This document shows positions 1 to 8,568 of a DNA stretch of 64,000 nt, in pieces; within the stretch, counting starts at the first letter, position 1, and each line of letters begins with the position of its first letter. The notes beneath the pieces were generated by a model. It was not told the DNA's origin. It did not search any database and was given only the letters and a program-made list of their open reading frames with translations. Both the position numbers and the translations under genes were made by a program. The DNA comes from Gammaproteobacteria bacterium UBA6724 (GTDB lineage Bacteria; Pseudomonadota; Gammaproteobacteria; Pseudomonadales; Azotimanducaceae): the NCBI GenBank assembly GCA_002454165.1, contig DKIG01000040.1, forward strand, positions 18,048 through 82,047, given 5' to 3'.

Positions 1-78
1 GTCAACCGAACCAACTATTCAATCTGCTCATTGTAACCTTTAATATGACAGAGTGACTTGACCCCTGAGGAGCGCATC

Positions 79-1215
79 ATGGCAAAACCAATCCCCTTCC
101 CTAGCCACACCAGCAGTGAAGTGCTGACCGATCTGAATACCAGACTCCAACTTACTCGCTGGCCAGACAAGGAAACACCCGATGACTGGTCCCAGGGTAT
201 TCCTCTTTCCTATATGAAGGAAATCCACGACTACTGGCTGGACGACTACGACTGGTTAACGAGGGAAAAACTAATCAACCAGTCGCCAGGCTACAAAACA
301 AGCATTGATGGCCTAGGCATTCACTTTCTGCATATCAGGTCACAGGTGCAGGAAGCGCTACCCTTGTTAATCACCCACGGCTGGCCAGGTTCCATCATTG
401 AATTCCAGAAGATCATCGGTCCCTTGACGGACCCCGTAGCAGATGGCGGCAGGGAAGAAGACGCTTTTCACCTGGTAGTGCCTTCCTTGCCCGGGTTTGG
501 TTACTCCGACAAACCTGGAGCCCCTGGCTGGGGGATTGAACGCATTGCCAAAGCCTGGAACGCGTTGATGCTAGGCCTCGGATATACAAAATATGTCGCC
601 CAGGGAGGCGACTGGGGTTCAATCGTCACGGCTACTATTGGCGTCCAGAATCAGGGCAACTGCAAGGGCATCCACATGAACATGCCCATTGCACCGCCTA
701 ACCCCGATACCATGGACGACCTGAGCGATTCGGAACAGAGCGCGCTGGCGGCCATGGACTTCTACAACCAGCATGACTCTGGTTATTCCAAACAACAAAG
801 CACCAGGCCGCAAACCCTCGGATATGGCCTAGCAGACTCACCCATGGGGCAGGCAGCATGGATTCTTGAAAAATTCTATCAGTGGATGGATTGCAACGGA
901 CACCCGGAAAATGTGGTGACCCGTGATGAACTGCTAGACAATGTGATGTTCTACTGGCTGACCAATACCGGTGCGTCCTCTGCCCGCATTTATTGGGAAA
1001 GTTTTGGCAACCCGAATTTGGAACCGATTAGCCTGCCCGTCGGTTGTAGCATATTTCCTAAGGAGATATTTAGAACCTCGGAACGATGGGCGAAACAACG
1101 TTTCACCAATCTGATTCACTTTGAGGAATTGGACAAGGGCGGACACTTTGCCGCATTTGAACAACCGGCACTCTTTGTCGACCAGATTCGTCGTTGTTTC
1201 AGGAAGTTGCGGTGA
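79..1215 (+). CDS. Epoxide hydrolase, microsomal-type alpha/beta hydrolase
   Basis: ORF 58..1215, with ATG at 79 (MAKPIPF) the likelier start. Has the HGWPGS oxyanion motif, a GGDWGS nucleophile elbow and C-terminal GGHFAAFEQP. The N-terminal RL..TRWPD segment is typical of the epoxide hydrolase N-domain. Confidence 0.8.
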   Translation: MAKPIPFPSHTSSEVLTDLNTRLQLTRWPDKETPDDWSQGIPLSYMKEIHDYWLDDYDWLTREKLINQSPGYKTSIDGLGIHFLHIRSQVQEALPLLITHGWPGSIIEFQKIIGPLTDPVADGGREEDAFHLVVPSLPGFGYSDKPGAPGWGIERIAKAWNALMLGLGYTKYVAQGGDWGSIVTATIGVQNQGNCKGIHMNMPIAPPNPDTMDDLSDSEQSALAAMDFYNQHDSGYSKQQSTRPQTLGYGLADSPMGQAAWILEKFYQWMDCNGHPENVVTRDELLDNVMFYWLTNTGASSARIYWESFGNPNLEPISLPVGCSIFPKEIFRTSERWAKQRFTNLIHFEELDKGGHFAAFEQPALFVDQIRRCFRKLR

Positions 1216-1421
1216 GGGGTGGTGCTATTTATCCCGTATCCATTTTTTGATTTTAGCGATAACCCTGGTGTCAGCACGAGCTACCGAGCGCACATTTGCA
1301 ACCGCTCTCGGTCGGCCCTGCAAATCAAAAACAAAATCGCCGCGTGTCCGTCTCAACAGTAGTAAAAGCATTATTCAAATTTTTCGGCCCGAGAGATAAA
1401 ACTTTATCGCGCGACACTCGG

Positions 1422-2450
1422 TCATAATAATTCTTGTTCATTCTCAATTCTTGCGCGTGCGATGTTTGTGTAATCCGAATCTATCTCAAATCCGATAAAT
1501 TTGCGTTTATCCTGTAGGGCGGCCACCGCCGTTGTACCACTACCCATAAATGGATCTAAAACTGTCTGCCCCTCTATTGTGAATAGTCTTATCAATTGCC
1601 GCATGACCGCCACTGGCTTTACCGTCATGTGTCCGAATTCTGTACCCTTCTTGGGTTTTGGTGCTTCCAGTATGGTGCCGGGGAAACCACTACCCATTAT
1701 CGACTGGTCTGGCGACATCAATCCGGTTTTATGCTTTAGCCAATTATTGATAAATGTACCATCTTTTGGTTTTTGCGCGAGGATGATCGGCTCAAACTGC
1801 GGCTTTAACTGCGGTGTTTTCTTATTGTAAATCTGTTTTATTATTTTATTTTTCTCCGCTTCGCTGATCTTCATTTTGCGAACAAAATGCGTTTGTGAAA
1901 ATGCTTTCGCTTGCCCTTCGTACTTCCACGCCAACATATCCCTGATTTCAAATCCAGCCTCATCAAAAGCCACACCAACGGCATACGACAATCTTGCTTG
2001 GCAAAATATCACCGCAAAACCACCTGGCTTTAGCACGCGATATAGATCAGATGCCACCCTGAACATAAATTTCCGAAGTCGCTTTGCCTGGTTTATATCA
2101 AACTTCATTCCCGCAGGAAGTCCACCAATGACCCCGGGTTTGACCCGTTTGTTTAGTTTAGATTTATCCCAGTCATCACCCATTCCGTCTAAAAAATAGG
2201 GCGGGTCGGTGGCGACAAAATGAATTGAGTCCGCGGGCAGATCTTTCAATCCCGTGATGCAGTCAGCGTTTATAAGACGACATGTTTTATCGTCTATTTT
2301 TTTCCTGGACTCAGATGATTTGCGCTGCTCAACACCAGGTGAAACGCCTCTCGTTTGGCTACCCATGTTGACGGAATGGGACATTAGATTGTGCTGATAT
2401 CGGTACTCATAATTAGCGGATTTATTGACCGAATGGTTATCAAAGAACAC
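1422..2450 (-). CDS. Site-specific DNA methyltransferase, beta-class N6-adenine/N4-cytosine, with no intact partner restriction gene
   Basis: Motif IV (VATDPPYF) precedes motif I (DPFMGSGTT), which is the beta permutation. The gene is visibly AT-richer than its neighbours. The start is uncertain (GTG 2450, ATG 2384 or ATG 2366). Confidence 0.85.
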   Translation of the reverse strand: MFFDNHSVNKSANYEYRYQHNLMSHSVNMGSQTRGVSPGVEQRKSSESRKKIDDKTCRLINADCITGLKDLPADSIHFVATDPPYFLDGMGDDWDKSKLNKRVKPGVIGGLPAGMKFDINQAKRLRKFMFRVASDLYRVLKPGGFAVIFCQARLSYAVGVAFDEAGFEIRDMLAWKYEGQAKAFSQTHFVRKMKISEAEKNKIIKQIYNKKTPQLKPQFEPIILAQKPKDGTFINNWLKHKTGLMSPDQSIMGSGFPGTILEAPKPKKGTEFGHMTVKPVAVMRQLIRLFTIEGQTVLDPFMGSGTTAVAALQDKRKFIGFEIDSDYTNIARARIENEQELL

Positions 2451-2590
2451 CCACGGGTTGAATCATACCACCAATACCAACCAGGTGTGCGATGTTAAAC
2501 AAGAAGAATCCAGGACCAGATGGCAAGGCGCATCATGCCATCTCGTTTTATGTTTGGACTATCAGTTGATGCCCAGTCCTTGCTGAATTA

Positions 2591-3805
2591 TCAGCCCGCA
2601 ATTAAATATGCGAAACGTTTGAATTCATGGCTAAACGGATGCCAGAAGGCGGGCATGTTCTGCGTCATGCAAATGCCCGCGAGGTTGGCGCGGGGAGACA
2701 TCCAAAGATGCGTGCCTGCCATGCCACCCCAATGATATTCATCAACCGCGGTATCAGGCTCACCCTTCCCCGGCCTTACCTTGAGCGCGAAGCCTAGTCC
2801 AAAATCTGTCCCCGCCATATCCCAGAAGGGGAAGTTGACATGAACGCCAGCAGGGCATTGGTTGGTTCGCATTGTCGCCAGTGTTTCCGGTTTGATAAGT
2901 TGCCGCCCCAGATATGACCCGCCGCTGACAATCATTCTCACTAGTGCCAGATAATCCACCAGGGTTGATGTCAAACCACCACCCCCGGACAGGAAGGTGA
3001 CTGGTCTGGAATAGGTGCCTTCACGGGGGTCATCCGAGATGCTGTACCCGCTGGACATGGGAGCGAGCGGGTTCCTGGGGGCATACATGGTGGTAAACCT
3101 ATGCTGCTTGTCCTTGGGAACATAGAAGTCCGTATCCACCATCTTCAAGGGCTTGAAGATACGTTCTTTAAGGAAGGTATCAAAGCCCTGCCCGGACAGC
3201 ACTTCAATCAGCCGGGCAGTCACATCCGTTGCGAAACTATAACGCCAGAAGCTGTCCGGCTGGAAAGCCAAAGGTAGTTCGCCGAGAGCAGCACAAAGGC
3301 TCGCCAGCGTCATGTTGAAACCGGCGGCAAAAGGATTGGTGTTGGCTGCCATATATGCCTTGTCAATGATGGATTCCGGTTCAATAAATCCATAAGACAA
3401 ACCCGCTGTATGACTCAGAATCTGATTGATTCTGATGGAATCTGTCGCTGGCTCAACATCATCAATACCTGCTGCGTCCGCCTTCAGCACTTGCATATTG
3501 CCAAATTCAGGCAGATATGTTTCAAGCGTATCATCAAGGGCAAATTTGCCTTCTTCGTACAACATCATTGCTGCGATGGAAGTCACTATCTTGGTGCAGG
3601 AGTGCATTCTAAATATAGTGTCTTCCCTGAGCGGGCGGTTGGTCTCGTGATCTATGGGCCCATGAAAACTCAAATCCACGACATCCGTACCTTGCATGAC
3701 AAGCGTGTTGCAGCAAGGGATGATCTCTTCATCAACATACCACTGCATCCTTGCATGCGACTCTGAAAAATCCAGTCCCTTGTCAATGACTTCTATTGCC
3801 ATCAT
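2591..3805 (-). CDS. Serine hydrolase of the beta-lactamase/EstB family
   Basis: S-x-x-K motif (HSCTKIV) about 70 residues from the N-terminus. The 404-aa length is typical of class C-like esterases. No signal peptide is apparent. Confidence 0.75.
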   Translation of the reverse strand: MMAIEVIDKGLDFSESHARMQWYVDEEIIPCCNTLVMQGTDVVDLSFHGPIDHETNRPLREDTIFRMHSCTKIVTSIAAMMLYEEGKFALDDTLETYLPEFGNMQVLKADAAGIDDVEPATDSIRINQILSHTAGLSYGFIEPESIIDKAYMAANTNPFAAGFNMTLASLCAALGELPLAFQPDSFWRYSFATDVTARLIEVLSGQGFDTFLKERIFKPLKMVDTDFYVPKDKQHRFTTMYAPRNPLAPMSSGYSISDDPREGTYSRPVTFLSGGGGLTSTLVDYLALVRMIVSGGSYLGRQLIKPETLATMRTNQCPAGVHVNFPFWDMAGTDFGLGFALKVRPGKGEPDTAVDEYHWGGMAGTHLWMSPRANLAGICMTQNMPAFWHPFSHEFKRFAYLIAG

Positions 3806-4107
3806 TCACCTCTTGCTCGTGATTCCTCGCTGCCGCGAGATAGGTTCTGCAATGGATGTAGAGTGTAGCGAAAATTATCTGAGGGCAATCAAGGTTTTTA
3901 TGGACAGATGATTGCCAGAATCCCAAGGTCCCTACTCATGTTGCGTCGACAATACGACTAATCCTGGGTCGGAACCTATTGACAAATCGATTGATGTTAT
4001 CGCAAAAAACTCTCTTATTTCGGTTTGACTTTCCTCGGCGAAAAAGTCGGTCATTGATCTACACACTCCTCGGCAGAGGTTGTGATGGGTCATCTAATCT
4101 GAGATCG

Positions 4108-4416
4108 CTAAGCAGGGTTCCGCCAGAGTTTTGTTTCAACAATAACTAGTCGTCCTTTTGGTGTGACATATAGAATATCAAGAGGACCGGCATCTGTACT
4201 TAGCTCCATGCAAACTGGAATCAGGTCTTCATAAGTGCGGTCAATTTCTGTAACCGGAAGACAATCGGGATGCTCAAAGGCAATCTTCTGAATGAAATTC
4301 TCGTCATAATTGGAACCTTCACCAGAAACAGGTACGCGTTCAAGTTCAATAGAAGGCTGATTTGTTCTGATGAGAAGGGGTCTTGCATACTGTTTATCCG
4401 ACATTTGTTCAATCAC
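4108..4416 (-). pseudogene. 3'-truncated remnant of a PD-(D/E)xK nuclease-fold gene
   Basis: 102-aa ORF with a good RBS (AGGAG 11 nt upstream). It ends right after a D..(n)..VETK (ExK) core at KLWRNPA-stop. About 300 nt of non-coding, AT-richer DNA follows, with stops in all continuing frames. Confidence 0.4.
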
Positions 4417-4444
4417 TCCTGATTAATTTCTATGTTATTCAATT

Positions 4445-6169
4445 TCAGACCCCGTCAAGCAGTGGTTTTATCGCAGTTTGATGTGCACCGATCAATTTAG
4501 TCAGCGCTGATTCAGCACGCTGCATAGCACCAGTGAAATCTTCATCATCTGAGATTGGCTCCACCACTTCGTAATAGCATTTAACTTTGGGTTCGGTACC
4601 CGAGGGTCGGACTATGACTCTGGATTTATTTTCAAGGCGATAAATCAGCACATCGCTGAGCGGGAAGTCGAGCGGTTCCTGTTTGCCATCCAGGTGTTGA
4701 CGAGTGCCGTTACTGAGATCATCAACCATGACCACCGGAACACCCCCTATTTGTTCGGGCGGTGCTTGTCGCAACAGGTCGCCTATGGACCTGGTACCAG
4801 ACAGAAAAGCAATACTTCGCTGTCCGGTGAGATAAATGCCGTAACGGCGATAGAGGGATTCAAGTTGCTCCAGCACCGTTTTGCCTTCCCGGGCAAGCGC
4901 TTCCGTCATTTGCGCAACGGCTAAGCAGGCAGACAATCCGTCCTTGTCCCGTACCTGAGGTCCCACCGCATAGCCCAGCGCTTCCTCATAGGCGAACAGA
5001 AATCTATGGCTCTGGTCCTCATGCGCCAGGGCGACATTTGCTAACCACTTAAAGCCGGTCAGGGTGGTGTAATAGTCAGCGGCTGCGGTCCTGGCTATGC
5101 TCTCCAACATGCTGGAAGAAACAAGTGTTGTACAAACGATAGGAACAAAATCTCGATCTTTTTCCAGCAGGTAGTCGGCCAGTAACACACCCAACATATC
5201 ACCCGTGAGCATTTGATAGTCGCCCGATTCAGTCCTTACCGCCACCGCCAGGCGGTCAGCATCCGGGTCGTTGGCACAAGCCAAAGTCGCCTCTTGTGTC
5301 TGCGCCAGCGCCACCACCTCGTCCATCGCGCCGGGCTCTTCAGGATTTGGAAATTTGACGGTGGGGAAGTTGCCATCGGGTTCCCGCTGAGAAGCCACGC
5401 TGTACAGAGATTCAAACCCTGCTTCTTGCAACAGGGTCTCTGCTATCTCCGCGCCGACGCCGTGCATAGCAGTGTAAGCGATACTGATAGACCTGTTGTT
5501 GTCATCGGCGGCGTAAAGAGGGTTGGCACCTATGGCATCAATATAATGGCGATAAAAGGCTGTACCGAGGAGCACAATTTTCCCCCTTGCCTTTGCCTCA
5601 TCAAAATCAATCCAAGGGATGTCCCGCGCCGCAGCCAGATCAATGGCGGCGGCAATGTCATCATCCCGAGGCGGGATGATTTGCGCGCCATTTTCCCAAT
5701 AGACTTTATAGCCGTTGTACTCTGGAGGATTATGGCTTGCCGTAACGACGACACCCGCCGCCGTCCCGAGTTCAAGGACGCCAAAGGCAGCCAGGGGCGT
5801 AGCGGCAACATCTGGCGTGAGGTAGGTGATAATCCCCAGTGCGGCAAAAACACAAGCCGCGTCCCTGGCAAATTCCTGAGAATCAAGTCGGCCATCATAA
5901 GCCACAAGGATTCCCCGCTTAGCAGTGTTAGGGACTGTGCGCAAGAGATAGTCGCCAAGTCCGGCGGAAGTCTCTTGAATAACCAGCCGGTTCATCATCC
6001 CGGGCCCCGCTCCAACCAAGCCCCGCAGTCCAGCGGTACCAAATTTCAACCGAGCAGAGAAACGTCGCGATAACTCCTCTTGGTTGGACGCATCTATCAG
6101 GGCTTGCAGTTCCGCTCTGGTTTTCGGGTCAGGGTCCCTGGCTAACCAGTATCGTACCTCGGCGTTCAC
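4445..6169 (-). CDS. Phospho-sugar mutase, alpha-D-phosphohexomutase superfamily, PgcA/PGM2-like long form
   Basis: Phosphoserine loop TASHNPPEYNGYK, metal loop ANDPDADRLAV and sugar loop YEEALGY. Lies 17 nt downstream of deoD on the same strand. Confidence 0.85.
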   Translation of the reverse strand: MNAEVRYWLARDPDPKTRAELQALIDASNQEELSRRFSARLKFGTAGLRGLVGAGPGMMNRLVIQETSAGLGDYLLRTVPNTAKRGILVAYDGRLDSQEFARDAACVFAALGIITYLTPDVAATPLAAFGVLELGTAAGVVVTASHNPPEYNGYKVYWENGAQIIPPRDDDIAAAIDLAAARDIPWIDFDEAKARGKIVLLGTAFYRHYIDAIGANPLYAADDNNRSISIAYTAMHGVGAEIAETLLQEAGFESLYSVASQREPDGNFPTVKFPNPEEPGAMDEVVALAQTQEATLACANDPDADRLAVAVRTESGDYQMLTGDMLGVLLADYLLEKDRDFVPIVCTTLVSSSMLESIARTAAADYYTTLTGFKWLANVALAHEDQSHRFLFAYEEALGYAVGPQVRDKDGLSACLAVAQMTEALAREGKTVLEQLESLYRRYGIYLTGQRSIAFLSGTRSIGDLLRQAPPEQIGGVPVVMVDDLSNGTRQHLDGKQEPLDFPLSDVLIYRLENKSRVIVRPSGTEPKVKCYYEVVEPISDDEDFTGAMQRAESALTKLIGAHQTAIKPLLDGV

Positions 6170-6186
6170 AGACAGGCAGCCGTCTA

Positions 6187-6894
6187 TCAGGGCGTCAGAG
6201 TGCGCAGTGCCAGGGTGATCATTTCATCCAAGGATAACTGGCGGTCTTCCGAGGAGAGTGCCCCGCCAGTGCGGATATGATCGGTGACGGTATATATTGC
6301 CAGTGCTTTGGCACCGTATTCAGCGGCGGTGCTGTACACACCTGCTGTTTCCATATCTACGCCCAGAATGCCGTATTGTTCCATCAGGTCAAAGGAAGCG
6401 AGGTCTGGAGTGTAGAAGAGGTCGGATGTAAAAACATTGCCTACCTTGACTGCCAGATTCATTGCCCTGGCTGCAGCTACTGCCTTCTCCAGCAAACCAA
6501 AATCAGCGATGGCGGCATAATCATAGCCGCCAAAGCGAATACGATTCACATTGGAATCCGTTGAGGCGCCCATACCAATGACAAGATCCCTGAGTTGCAC
6601 ATTTTTGCTCACCGCACCACAGCTACCAATTCGAAGGAGCTCCTTGACACCATAGTCGGTAATCAGTTCTTTGACATAAATAGAAGCCGAAGGAATGCCC
6701 ATGCCACTGCCCATCACGGAAATAGAATTACCCTTATATTCACCGGTATAACCCAGAATATTACGCACATCCGTTACCAGTTTTGCCTGGTCGAAAAACT
6801 TCTCAGCGATATATTTTGCTCGCAGAGGATCCCCCGGAAACAAAACTCTATCGGCAAATGCGCCGGCGTCAGCGTTGATGTGAATGGAACCCAT
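6187..6894 (-). CDS. deoD: Purine nucleoside phosphorylase, DeoD (hexameric) type
   Basis: The N-terminus [29 protein letters not shown] closely matches E. coli DeoD as recalled. Length is 235 aa. Confidence 0.9.
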   Translation of the reverse strand: MGSIHINADAGAFADRVLFPGDPLRAKYIAEKFFDQAKLVTDVRNILGYTGEYKGNSISVMGSGMGIPSASIYVKELITDYGVKELLRIGSCGAVSKNVQLRDLVIGMGASTDSNVNRIRFGGYDYAAIADFGLLEKAVAAARAMNLAVKVGNVFTSDLFYTPDLASFDLMEQYGILGVDMETAGVYSTAAEYGAKALAIYTVTDHIRTGGALSSEDRQLSLDEMITLALRTLTP

Positions 6895-6963
6895 CCTTAT
6901 CCTTTTTGGTAATAGCCAGGTAATTGATTTCCGTCACTTGTCTTATTGATGCTGAGCATGCTG

Positions 6964-8481
6964 CTAATCGTACTTGGCTTCAAATAGATTAAAGTCTTCT
7001 TCCAATTGCCACTGCAAACGCGCCTTCTCGCTACTGGCTAAAAATTTCTGACAGCTGTTTGACAGTTTGCGTCTAACCCTGTCCTGGGCACAGTCTTTTA
7101 CCTTCTCAGCCCTGGGAATATCCATAAAAAGATCGGCGCCTGGCAAAAAACTGTAAGCCAGGGCGTTACGCGATAGCTCCTTCAGGTAAACGTAACTCAA
7201 ATCATAGGTTTGTGTGGCGCGCACATATTCATGAGTCAGGTCAATTCTGCTCACCCCTTCGTCATCTGTAGATAAAGCCAGAGGAACACCTTTGGAGCGG
7301 TAGAGTTCGAAGGGATGTTCAGCCCCCTCAACACCCAGAATCAAGGCGTTACTAGTAAGGTTTATCTCCACCAGAATCCGTTGTTGCGCCATATATTCAA
7401 GTAGCTCCATGGCATCATCTTCATGAATCACATCCACCCCGTGACCTATGCGGCGCGCGCCAGCGATATGTACCGCTTCGCCAATATGGTGGCGTAATTC
7501 CCAGGGGGGCACCAGAGGCAATGCCAGTTCCCCTGCGTGCAGGGAAATCTTGTTACTGCTACCAGGGAAGTGTGCCGCAAGATCCCGAATAATCTGCATC
7601 TGCACCCTATGATCCCTGAGTGTTATTGAAGCGTCCTCTGGCGCGACAAAATTCAAACCTACATAACGAGGGTCCTGCTCAATAAGTTTGAAAGCCAAGA
7701 GGGTCTGAGCGAGTACCTGGTCTCTGGGAAAGGTTCGAATCACCTGAGCAAGATAACGCACCTCAACAGCACATCCAGGAATGTCGGGAGCATTCTTACA
7801 TCCCAACTCATCCTGCCATTGCTGTTCAACCTGGTCAGTAAAAACCAGGGTGTCAGTAACCAACGTCTCAACCGCATCCAACTTTGCCAGCTCAGCAAGG
7901 GAAGTGTTGCCGTTAAATTTTTCATTTTTGACAGCCAGGTTGCGAGCAATATCCATACCATAGGATTGCATAATCTCCAGATACAGAACCTTTTGTCTGG
8001 CTGCCCGTTCGGTGACTTCAGCAAGCATACTGCCTTGCCGGCCATGGCTTGCCACTATGTAACGCTGAAAAGTGGCGAAAAACTGATCGTGGCTGGACAG
8101 CGGACCAAACTCATAGTTCCGAATTGAAAAAGCGTTGATTATTGAATTTATTATCCCGGGATCAAACTGGATATCTGCCACTCTCGGACGCCCTGCCGAC
8201 GCGTCACAGGGAGGTAAATCTATAATGAAACTGGATAAGTCAATACATTTGCCATCGGTAGCCGCCCAAGCGATATAGTTCTCCGCATAAATCGCACCGT
8301 CCAGGTGACTATGCAAGTCGCCGCCCTTAGGGAATTGATAGAGGAAGTGTCTCAGTAAGAGCGGATCGTCTTTTACATGATTGAAGTAGGACTCAGCCGG
8401 ACCCGCCGAGGCGAGGGTCCCATGCAACGAGAGCAACAGCATTAAGCATGGGGTGAGCATCAATTTGGAATATCGGTTCAT
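6964..8481 (-). CDS. Secreted adenosine deaminase family protein (ADGF/ADA2-like long form)
   Basis: Metal and catalytic motifs HSHLDG, SLHAGE and LSTDDEGV. Has a Sec-type signal peptide (MNRYSKLMLTPCLMLLLSLHGTLASA) if it starts at ATG 8481. The ORF extends upstream to 8529. Confidence 0.65.
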   Translation of the reverse strand: MNRYSKLMLTPCLMLLLSLHGTLASAGPAESYFNHVKDDPLLLRHFLYQFPKGGDLHSHLDGAIYAENYIAWAATDGKCIDLSSFIIDLPPCDASAGRPRVADIQFDPGIINSIINAFSIRNYEFGPLSSHDQFFATFQRYIVASHGRQGSMLAEVTERAARQKVLYLEIMQSYGMDIARNLAVKNEKFNGNTSLAELAKLDAVETLVTDTLVFTDQVEQQWQDELGCKNAPDIPGCAVEVRYLAQVIRTFPRDQVLAQTLLAFKLIEQDPRYVGLNFVAPEDASITLRDHRVQMQIIRDLAAHFPGSSNKISLHAGELALPLVPPWELRHHIGEAVHIAGARRIGHGVDVIHEDDAMELLEYMAQQRILVEINLTSNALILGVEGAEHPFELYRSKGVPLALSTDDEGVSRIDLTHEYVRATQTYDLSYVYLKELSRNALAYSFLPGADLFMDIPRAEKVKDCAQDRVRRKLSNSCQKFLASSEKARLQWQLEEDFNLFEAKYD

Positions 8482-8568
8482 GGTGGACCTTGCCTTGTAT
8501 CTGTTGATTAAGAAGAGTTCCCATGCCACGCATCTGCGCAGGTTACATGATGCCAGTGAAGCATCCCG

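Noticed and set aside
3932-4054. 40-codon minus-strand ORF (MTDFFAEESQTEIREFF...) in the non-coding stretch after the truncated nuclease fragment
   Set aside because: It has no RBS and no recognisable motif, and it lies in decayed DNA. It is most likely chance.
5213-6073. 286-aa plus-strand ORF inside the phospho-sugar mutase gene
   Set aside because: It is Arg/Gly/Pro-rich antisense text with no motifs, while the opposite strand carries the complete phosphohexomutase signature loops.
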